64,000 nt of DNA. Source: a bacterium (lineage in GTDB: Bacteria; DRYD01). How positions within the stretch are numbered: position 1 is the stretch's first letter; every line of letters begins with the position of its first letter. The stretch spans positions 15,042 through 79,041 of the forward strand of contig JBCNVB010000002.1 of the NCBI GenBank assembly GCA_039630415.1. The letters run 5' to 3'. Made by a program: the position numbers and the translations under genes. Below, one piece after another: positions 56,657 through 64,000 of this stretch. A model generated the notes under the pieces. That model had not been told where the DNA came from. It ran no database searches and saw only the letters and a list, made by a program, of their open reading frames with translations.

Positions 56657-58462
56657 ATGGGTAGTAGTTACAAAAACAGAGTATGGTGTGGTGCCATAGG
56701 TTCTAAGTTTGTTAATCAAAAAGTTCAAATATATGGTTGGGTAAACAAGGTAAGAGATATGGGAGGGATATTATTTATTGATCTTAGAGATAGAACGGGA
56801 ATGGTTCAGATAGTAGTTGATAAGCAAAACTTTGCCGAATTTGAAAAAATATCTGGAATATCAAGTGAAGATGTTTTGAAAGTAGTGGGTTATGTAAGGC
56901 AAAGACCCAAAGATAAAATTAACCCTAAAATACCAACAGGGGAATATGAAATAGAGGTTGAGGAAATTACAATTTTATCTGAAAGTTTACCTTTACCTTT
57001 CAGTATAAGTGATGATGAGAGAGAAGTTAATGTAGATGAAACTATAAGATTGAAGTATAGATACTTAGATTTGAGAAGACCGAAGATGTTTAAGAATTTG
57101 TACTTTAGGCATAAGTTTATAAAAAAGATTAGGGATTTTTTGGATGAGAATGAGTTTTTGGAGATAGAAACTCCGATATTGTCCAAGCCGACGCCTGAAG
57201 GTGCAAGAGATTTTCTGGTTCCAAGTAGACTACAAAAAGGTAAATTTTATGCTTTACCTCAGTCTCCACAGCTTTATAAACAAATACTAATGGTAAGTGG
57301 AATAGATAGATATTTCCAAATAGCGAAATGTTTGAGGGATGAAGATTTAAGGGCTGATAGGCAACCTGAATTCACACAGCTAGACTTGGAAATGTCCTTT
57401 ATTACTCAGCAGGACATATTCCAATTAATAGAAGAAATGATAAAGGAAGTGTTAAGTGAAACTTTAGGAATAGAAATCAAGATTCCTTTTAGGGTTATGA
57501 AATATTCACAAGCTATTGACGAGTATTTATCTGACAAACCTGATCTAAGATTTCCTTATCCAATAAAGAGAATTACTAGTCAGAAAATTAATTTACAATT
57601 AGTAAATTCATTAAACTCTGAAATATACTATTTAGCTGTACCGGTAGTTGTACCAAGAAAAGAAATTGATAACCTGTATAGTAATGGATTAAAATTCATG
57701 TATTTGGCAAAGGATAACGAAAACTATAAAGGAACTCTCGCTAAGTATTTGGGTGATATTTCTGTTTTTGAGGGGATCATTGGAATGAATAGTAATTACA
57801 CTGTATTTGTTATCTATGATCAACCCAAGCAAGAACTTGAGAAGATAAAGAAAATACTGATAGAGAGAAAGGTGCTTATACCGGTTGAGTCATTCAGTTT
57901 TGTTTGGGTGGTAGATTTTCCGTTGTTCAAGATAGAGGATGATGGGAAGATTTCACCTGAGCATCATCCGTTTACTAATGTTTTACCTGAAGATAGAAAA
58001 AATTTGGATGAAATATATGAGATAGTTATGGAGAATAGGTACGATTTAAAAGATAAGGGTTTTGTAGAGAAAGTTTTGGGTATAAGATCATTGGCATATG
58101 ATTTGGTATTGAATGGGTCTGAGATTGGTAGTGGTAGTATAAGAATTACTGATCCTGAATTGCAGAGGAAGGTTTTTAGGATTATAGGTTTAAGTGATAC
58201 TGAAGCTGAGGAAAGGTTTGGATTTTTGTTAAATTCGTTTAGGTATGGTGTTCCTCCGCATGGAGGAATAGCTTTGGGAATAGACAGGATAATTGCGATA
58301 TTATTGTCTGCAAATAGTATAAGAGATGTTATAGCTTTTCCTAAAACTCAGAGTGGAAGTTGTTTATTGACTTCTTCTCCGTCAGAAGTTTCGGATGATC
58401 AATTGCAAGAATTGGCAATTCAGTTAGTACCGCTTGCTCAGGAGCGGTATACAAAAAACTGA
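56657..58462 (+). CDS. aspS: Aspartate--tRNA ligase
   Basis: FIDLRDR, RLKYRYLDLRR, TPEGARDF, LPQSPQ, RDEDLRADRQPEFTQ, PPHGGIALGIDR, IAFPKT. Confidence 0.98.
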   Translation: MGSSYKNRVWCGAIGSKFVNQKVQIYGWVNKVRDMGGILFIDLRDRTGMVQIVVDKQNFAEFEKISGISSEDVLKVVGYVRQRPKDKINPKIPTGEYEIEVEEITILSESLPLPFSISDDEREVNVDETIRLKYRYLDLRRPKMFKNLYFRHKFIKKIRDFLDENEFLEIETPILSKPTPEGARDFLVPSRLQKGKFYALPQSPQLYKQILMVSGIDRYFQIAKCLRDEDLRADRQPEFTQLDLEMSFITQQDIFQLIEEMIKEVLSETLGIEIKIPFRVMKYSQAIDEYLSDKPDLRFPYPIKRITSQKINLQLVNSLNSEIYYLAVPVVVPRKEIDNLYSNGLKFMYLAKDNENYKGTLAKYLGDISVFEGIIGMNSNYTVFVIYDQPKQELEKIKKILIERKVLIPVESFSFVWVVDFPLFKIEDDGKISPEHHPFTNVLPEDRKNLDEIYEIVMENRYDLKDKGFVEKVLGIRSLAYDLVLNGSEIGSGSIRITDPELQRKVFRIIGLSDTEAEERFGFLLNSFRYGVPPHGGIALGIDRIIAILLSANSIRDVIAFPKTQSGSCLLTSSPSEVSDDQLQELAIQLVPLAQERYTKN

Positions 58463-58482
58463 GCAAAATGTAGGGGAGAAAC

Positions 58483-59646
58483 ATGTTGAGATATTACCAG
58501 TATCAAATAAAGCTCAATACACTTGTTAATAGATTAGATATTCTTAGTATACTTTTCGAGATTGGTAACCCTATATTAAACTCTGTTAAAAATGATATAT
58601 TGAGAATTTTTTGCGGTCAGCAACAAGACAAAAAAGTCTACAACCAGGAATTTGAAATAATCTCCGTAAAAGACACTCTCTGTTTAGTGGATCTAAAGGA
58701 TACCAATAGCATAAAGCTAAGTTTTATTGGACTTGATATGTCATATCAGGAAGTTGTTAATAAGATAAAGGAAACTATTGAGCAATATCTTAAATCGAAA
58801 CAAATAGATTTCCAAATTGTAGAGGATAAAAAACATTTCAAACCTTTTGTTGGAATAGATCCCTCTTCTCTTAAAAATAACTCTATCTATAACCAGATAA
58901 CCAATCAAAGGTATCAGATACTAAAAAGTATAAGTAATCTAGGGACTAAGGTGTACAAAAGTGACGTATTTAATAGCTTGAGAATACAAAGTGAAACTAT
59001 TGAAGAACTAATAAATATTAATCTACTGCAAAGGGAATATGTGTTCATATGTCGTCAAAATAATAGACAGATAATACAGTTATCGAATTTAGAGGTTTTA
59101 AGAAATAATCCTGATGCTGTAAAGTGTTTTTATTGTGGTAAAAGCTTAAAAGATGAGATCATGGAAGAAATAATATCTTTATCTGCGGAATCTAATGAAA
59201 TAATAAGCGATAATATATGGTTGGTATCGATTATTTATAACTCTTTGGTTAGCACGCAAATTGATGATGTAGTTATAGATTCAATAGATTTTGCCAAGGC
59301 AATTATTTGTAACCATTTATATGAACCTGTTGTGATACTTGTTTTAAAAGAAGATTTTAGATTGCATGATGTTTTTCTACTGGAATTGTACCTTTCCAAC
59401 TATAAATCTAAGTACATCATTTTTGTCAGTTTATCACCAAAAGTGTATCTCGTAAGAGATTATTTTAGCATAAGAGGTGTAAGTGGATTGGTTATAAATT
59501 CATACGAGAATATTGGTGATTTGATAATTAATGCTGTTAGTGAGATTTCATGGTTATTTGTTATGGACAAGTTGAGACAGTACGAGAACTATTTTTCATT
59601 CAGGATATCTGATTTACTAGTCGGTGAAGGAAAAAATATGTTTTAG
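58483..59646 (+). CDS. Hypothetical protein with zinc-ribbon-like insert
   Basis: 387-aa ORF with RBS; FICRQ...KCFYCG motif. Confidence 0.7.
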   Translation: MLRYYQYQIKLNTLVNRLDILSILFEIGNPILNSVKNDILRIFCGQQQDKKVYNQEFEIISVKDTLCLVDLKDTNSIKLSFIGLDMSYQEVVNKIKETIEQYLKSKQIDFQIVEDKKHFKPFVGIDPSSLKNNSIYNQITNQRYQILKSISNLGTKVYKSDVFNSLRIQSETIEELININLLQREYVFICRQNNRQIIQLSNLEVLRNNPDAVKCFYCGKSLKDEIMEEIISLSAESNEIISDNIWLVSIIYNSLVSTQIDDVVIDSIDFAKAIICNHLYEPVVILVLKEDFRLHDVFLLELYLSNYKSKYIIFVSLSPKVYLVRDYFSIRGVSGLVINSYENIGDLIINAVSEISWLFVMDKLRQYENYFSFRISDLLVGEGKNMF

Positions 59647-59649
59647 TTA

Positions 59650-59669
59650 TGTAAAAAAAGTGTAAAAAA
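59650..59669 (+). promoter_or_regulatory. Direct-repeat box TGTAAAAAA-N2-TGTAAAAAA (11-bp period) upstream of the fliF-like gene
   Basis: TGTAAAAAAAGTGTAAAAAAG about 77-96 bp upstream of ATG 59746. Confidence 0.6.
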
Positions 59670-59745
59670 GCTATGTTTTGTGAGGAAAAAGGAGAAGTTT
59701 TTGCTAAGAAATAAGTAGGGATTATATCTAAAAGGGGGTAATTTT

Positions 59746-61362
59746 ATGACTGTAAAGCCTGGAGCTACAAGACCCGCAGCAAGACCAACAACTGCAACAA
59801 GAGTAAATCAACCTGCAGCTGGCGCTCAACCCTCTGGTTTTACTGACTTTATTAACAAACTAGATACTAAACAAAAGATACTAATCATAGTAGCATTGGT
59901 GGTAATGATAGTAATTGGATTAAGTGTATTTTTCTATACTAAGAGTAATGAATACGTACCTTTAGTTCCAGGTGGAAAATTAGATGCGGGCCAATTATCT
60001 AAGGTCAAGCAATACCTAGAACAAAGAGGGATAAAAGATTATAGGATAGATGATGCAATAGGTCAAGTATATATTCATCCCCGCTATCATAACAGTGTAT
60101 ATGTGGATGTAATAAGTGAAGGATTTGTTAAACCAGATGTGAAACCCAAGCTAGAAAGTATTCCACCAGGGACGACCAAAGAAGCATGGATGAGTTATCA
60201 AAAAAGCCTATTAGAATACGCTTTAGCTAGCATGATAAAAAGAAACTATCAGGGTAAAGTAAGTGAGGCAAGCGTATTTATAACCTATGCTGAAAATAAT
60301 CCTTTTAGTACAGAGCAAGAACAAACAAAGGCAACGGTAAGTATAAATACATTTGCAAGCCAATCACTAAATAATGACGAAGCAAAAGGTGTAATAAGTG
60401 CAGTAGCAGGTGCAGTTAAAGGACTAGAACCACAAAATATATCACTCATAATAAATGGTAGATTAGTTAGACCTTATGAAGAGGAACCAGCTGAAAGTGC
60501 TTTTATGATCAAAAGTAAGATAGAGGAACAGTACGCAGTTAAAGTAAGAAATGCACTAGATCAAATTCTAGGCCCTAATAACTACACTTTCACAATTGAT
60601 ATCCAACTCAAATGGGATAAAGTAGAAAAATATGCAGAAACATATGGTAATATAGCTGACCCAACTTCAAAAATAGTATCTAGACAAACTACTGAAAAGT
60701 CTAAAGAATATGAAGGAGGAGCCGTAGACAAAAATAAAGAATCAGCAGAGGAAGTACAAAGACAAATAATTGAAAATAGAAAAGTTGATATGGTAGTAAC
60801 TAAAATTCAGCAAAACCCTGGTGAAAGCATAGAAAGAATATCTGTAGCTGTCAATGTATCCAATGCTAGTTCAAATACTGTATCTCAAATCCAAGCTTAT
60901 GTCAAAAATGCTGTAGGTTTAAGGGAAGAAAGAGGAGATTCAATAGTAGTTACTAATATACCTCATGCTAGTATAGTTACAGCTGTTAATACAAGTAATC
61001 CAACTCCTACGGAAATACCAATAGCTCCTGTCAAAAGTCAATTCCCGATAGGAATGGTTATGCTTGCTATGGCTGCATCAGCAGGAATACTAGCTATATC
61101 TTTAGGAGCATTATTCATATTCAAACAAAATAAAGCCAATCTAGAAAGAAATGCAATAGCTTTAGATACTCCAACAAGTTTATCTACGGAATCAACCAAT
61201 GTAGTTGACCTTACCACTGACAAGATGGGTAACAAAACTGAAGTACAGCAAGAAAGTAAAGAACTGAAAACTGTAGTAAGTGAAATAGAGAGTATAGCAA
61301 AATCTAATCCTAACGAAATAGCCAACCTACTTAAACAAACCTGGTTTAATGAAAATAAATAA
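59746..61362 (+). CDS. fliF: FliF-like MS-ring protein (YscJ/FliF family), divergent
   Basis: TM1 followed by YVPL, RBM segments (LEYALASMI, ASVFI, KATVSI, VAGAVKGLEPQNISLI), IERISVAVNV, VKNAVGLREERGDSIVV, TM2, and C-terminal PNEIANLLKQTW. Confidence 0.85.
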   Translation: MTVKPGATRPAARPTTATRVNQPAAGAQPSGFTDFINKLDTKQKILIIVALVVMIVIGLSVFFYTKSNEYVPLVPGGKLDAGQLSKVKQYLEQRGIKDYRIDDAIGQVYIHPRYHNSVYVDVISEGFVKPDVKPKLESIPPGTTKEAWMSYQKSLLEYALASMIKRNYQGKVSEASVFITYAENNPFSTEQEQTKATVSINTFASQSLNNDEAKGVISAVAGAVKGLEPQNISLIINGRLVRPYEEEPAESAFMIKSKIEEQYAVKVRNALDQILGPNNYTFTIDIQLKWDKVEKYAETYGNIADPTSKIVSRQTTEKSKEYEGGAVDKNKESAEEVQRQIIENRKVDMVVTKIQQNPGESIERISVAVNVSNASSNTVSQIQAYVKNAVGLREERGDSIVVTNIPHASIVTAVNTSNPTPTEIPIAPVKSQFPIGMVMLAMAASAGILAISLGALFIFKQNKANLERNAIALDTPTSLSTESTNVVDLTTDKMGNKTEVQQESKELKTVVSEIESIAKSNPNEIANLLKQTWFNENK

Positions 61363-61381
61363 CCAAAGAGAGTAAAAATTT

Positions 61382-62461
61382 CTAAAACATTTGATTAAAT
61401 TCTACATAGTTTTCAAAGAATAAACGGATATCAGGTATTTTGTATTTAATCATTGCAATTCTTTCGATTCCCATTCCGAAGGCGAATCCTTGGAATTTAT
61501 CATAATCGATATTTAGATTTTGTAGAACGAGAGGGTTAATCATCCCACAACCAAGTATTTCTATCCAGCCTGTACCTTTACATATACTGCATTGAGAGGT
61601 ACTTTGTTTACAGTGAAAACAGCTAATAGACATTTCTGCACTGGGTTCTGTAAAAGGAAAGTAACTGGGAGTAAAGTTAACTTTAGTATCTTGGCCAAAG
61701 TACTTGTTTACGAATTTATATAAAGTTCTGATTAAATCTAGGAAATTTAGGTTGGGTTCTACTGCGAAGCCTTCTAGTTGGTGGAACTGAAAAGAATGCG
61801 TTGAGTCCATATTGTCTCTTCTATAGCATTTACCACTGGATACTACTCTTAATGGAGGTTTTCTAGTTTCTAGGATTCTTATTTGCATATTTGAAGTATG
61901 GGTTCTGAGAATACCATGGTCAAAGAAGAAAGTATCCCACATTTCTCTTGCTGGGTGATCAGCTGGTATGTTAAGTGCTTCGAAATTATGATATTCGTCT
62001 TCAATTTCTATGCCATCTACTATCTCAAATCCTAGTTCTGAAAATACATCTAATAATTCATTTTGAACCAATGTAAGAATATGTAGTTTACCTGCCCTTT
62101 CATATGAATAGTCTATGGATAAATCATATTCGAAAGAGTATTTTATTTGCCTTTCTATGAGTTCTATTTGTTTAGATATATTTTTTATTGTTTCTTCAAC
62201 TTGCTGCTTGAATTCGTTTATTTGTTTTCCATATTGTTTTTTTTCTGCTGGGGTGAGTTTAGATAGTTCTTGTAAAAGATTAGATATTACTCCTTTCTTG
62301 GATAGGAATTCTGATTTAGCGTTTTCTATATCTTTTTTTATTTGGTTTAATAGTATTTTTTTATTTGATGATGTTGCATTTGTTAGTTTTTGTAGGTTTT
62401 GGTTTATATTTTGGGTAAATAGTTCCCAGCGCTCGAGGTAATCTTGTTTTATTATTTGCAT
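61382..62461 (-). CDS. pheS: Phenylalanine--tRNA ligase alpha subunit
   Basis: NFEALNIPADHPAR, LRTHTS, FHQLEG, YFPFTEPS, GFAFGMGIERIAM. Confidence 0.98.
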   Translation of the reverse strand: MQIIKQDYLERWELFTQNINQNLQKLTNATSSNKKILLNQIKKDIENAKSEFLSKKGVISNLLQELSKLTPAEKKQYGKQINEFKQQVEETIKNISKQIELIERQIKYSFEYDLSIDYSYERAGKLHILTLVQNELLDVFSELGFEIVDGIEIEDEYHNFEALNIPADHPAREMWDTFFFDHGILRTHTSNMQIRILETRKPPLRVVSSGKCYRRDNMDSTHSFQFHQLEGFAVEPNLNFLDLIRTLYKFVNKYFGQDTKVNFTPSYFPFTEPSAEMSISCFHCKQSTSQCSICKGTGWIEILGCGMINPLVLQNLNIDYDKFQGFAFGMGIERIAMIKYKIPDIRLFFENYVEFNQMF

Positions 62462-62476
62462 ACAATTATTAGAATT

Positions 62477-63565
62477 TTACTTAAAATCTACTATTTCCTG
62501 CTTGATTGGTCCTATTTCTTCTATTGATAGTCTTATTCTATTGATTGTTTTGTCTGAAGCTATATCGTATTTAGCAAAATATACGAATCCTGTTGTTTTT
62601 CCGCCTGGGGCTAGCGTGCTATCTAGTGAAACATCGTACTTGATTGCTTTGTATCTTCTATTATCTTGGCCTATTAGGTAAATTTTGTAGGCAAATGGTT
62701 GTAAAGGTAAAGGCTGATTGTATGCATTGAAAATGGTAACTTCGAAAATATAAAAATCATCAATATTAGTTGAGTTAACTAAATTTCTATAGTAATTTTC
62801 AAGATAGTTTTTATCATATATAGCTTCTTTGTATCCATGTAAGATAGTTCTAGCTTTTGCTAGTTTTTCGTCAAGTAAAACAATTTGAATAAATGAATCA
62901 GGTACGTTTGGGTTATTTATTTGTGGACCTTTTATGTTTTGATACATATTCCATAAGTTACCTAGTAAATTCAGTAGATAGAATGTTGATATTCCTGACA
63001 TAACACCTGAAGATCCTGCTATTTCCGATAAAGTTCTATATCCTTCATACTCGGTATAAAGTATAGTTAATTGAAGAGGATCGATAATTACTTTGGTTGG
63101 TCTGGTAGAGTTGGGACCAAACTTTATTATTTTAGTGTTATTTGATAAAACCTCGCTGTAGTACCTTAATCCATCGTTTAATCTATCATAAGGTAAACCC
63201 ACCGAAGATGATTGCTGCTGTAATGAAGTAGAATAGTTAGGGTTAGTTTGGGTAGTATTAGTAGTTGATGAACCTGAATTAATCAAAAATAAACTATCAC
63301 CTGTACTAATCTGTCCTTCTAATACAGATACTAAAACATTATAGTTTTCATCTATTTGTTCTATCTTAACTTTTCCTATTTTCTGATTAGACCTATACAC
63401 TTCTAGAATATCTCCTGGGTTGAGTTTTGTGTATACTTTTCCATAGTAATGGTTATCTACTTGTTTATAAATTACACCTACCAGTTTGGATTCATTACTA
63501 AATGCAATTGAAGTAAGTAGATATAGCATAATAACAGCTACGCATAGTATTTTAAAGATATACAT
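62477..63565 (-). CDS. Secreted hypothetical protein (FlgT-C-like beta barrel, S/T/Q linker, Ig-like C-terminal domain)
   Basis: Signal peptide; LNPGDILEVYR...IGKVKI...ISTGD; C-terminal FEVTIFN...LAPGGKTTGFVYF. GGAGG RBS. Confidence 0.65.
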   Translation of the reverse strand: MYIFKILCVAVIMLYLLTSIAFSNESKLVGVIYKQVDNHYYGKVYTKLNPGDILEVYRSNQKIGKVKIEQIDENYNVLVSVLEGQISTGDSLFLINSGSSTTNTTQTNPNYSTSLQQQSSSVGLPYDRLNDGLRYYSEVLSNNTKIIKFGPNSTRPTKVIIDPLQLTILYTEYEGYRTLSEIAGSSGVMSGISTFYLLNLLGNLWNMYQNIKGPQINNPNVPDSFIQIVLLDEKLAKARTILHGYKEAIYDKNYLENYYRNLVNSTNIDDFYIFEVTIFNAYNQPLPLQPFAYKIYLIGQDNRRYKAIKYDVSLDSTLAPGGKTTGFVYFAKYDIASDKTINRIRLSIEEIGPIKQEIVDFK

Positions 63566-63624
63566 ACAAACATCCCCTCCTATGTATATATTATGTCTTT
63601 TTTTTACAAAATACTTGCTTTAGG

Positions 63625-63654
63625 GTTAAAAAAGAGTAAAAAAAAAGTAAAAAA
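63625..63654 (+). promoter_or_regulatory. Triple direct repeat GT(T/A)AAAAA with 11-bp period upstream of the SLH gene
   Basis: GTTAAAAAAGA-GTAAAAAAAAA-GTAAAAAAG, with G at 63625, 63636 and 63647. Confidence 0.55.
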
Positions 63655-63838
63655 GTGCTGTTTTTGTTATCCATTTTATATTTTTTTGAAAGGGAAAATA
63701 GTTTTTTTATAGAAGGCAGAATATTATAAAGTTAGAAGGAGGATTTTTAAAAGTTAAAAAAAGTCGAAAAACAAGTTCTGCTCTGATCCTATAAGAACCT
63801 TACGATAAAACAACTAAAAAATAAAGGAGGATGAAAAT

Positions 63839-64000
63839 ATGTGGAGGTTGGTATTATTGGCTGCAATGCTAACAATGCTATCAGTGGGTATAGTAAAGGC
63901 AGCACCATTTCCAGACGTACCAGATACCCACTGGGCAAGCAGTGCAGTACAACAACTAAAAGCAAAGGGTATCCTGGAAGGATATCCAGATGGGTTGTAC
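63839..64000 (+). CDS. SLH-domain envelope protein (OmpM/S-layer type), 3'-truncated; absent from the ORF track
   Basis: AAGGAGG RBS; translates MWRLVLLAAMLTMLSVGIVKA|APFPDVPDTHWASSAVQQLKAKGILEGYPDGLY, a signal peptide followed by a canonical SLH motif. Confidence 0.92.
   Translation, partial: MWRLVLLAAMLTMLSVGIVKAAPFPDVPDTHWASSAVQQLKAKGILEGYPDGLY

Noticed and set aside
1156-62441. Many short antisense or overlapping ORFs in the track (e.g. 6709-7215, 10559-10972, 23975-24412, 30262-30690, 37449-37751, 42401-42730, 61038-61325)
   Set aside because: They are shadows of well-supported genes on the opposite strand or frame, with no motifs or RBS.
63700-63830. Riboswitch or ncRNA in the SLH gene leader
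   Set aside because: I could not identify a convincing stem-loop or known aptamer consensus by eye; an Rfam search would be needed.

Overview
AT-rich (about 30% GC by eye), gene-dense chromosomal window of a bacterium. An SLH-domain OmpM/S-layer-type gene, a LolA-like protein, tRNAs without encoded CCA and an archaeal-type helicase suggest a thermophilic diderm Terrabacteria lineage; this is inference only. Content is mostly housekeeping (ppdK, rpsO, gatC, clpP, mnmA, pntAB, mutL, ligA, hemL, aspS, pheS, rnhB, nfi, sbcD, tRNA-Leu(TAA), tRNA-Val(CAC)) in heavily shuffled order. Scattered among these are type IV pilus genes (PilT, two tandem pilins, PilMN- and PilOP-like fusions) and orphan FliF-like and FliK-like genes. 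I saw no CRISPR array, IS element or prophage. The most notable signals are: (1) an 11-bp-period direct repeat GTAAAAA-N4-GTAAAAA in the same orientation upstream of four envelope or candidate secreted genes (the fliF-like gene, the SLH gene and two paralogous Ca-binding proteins without signal peptides), suggesting an undescribed OmpR/WalR-like regulon; (2) a ~920-aa non-FtsZ tubulin-like GTPase near a frameshifted MoxR ATPase; (3) an MnmA with a rearranged cysteine set next to a PLP C-S lyase; (4) an acidic repeat-rich protein ending in a Roadblock/MglB-like domain.
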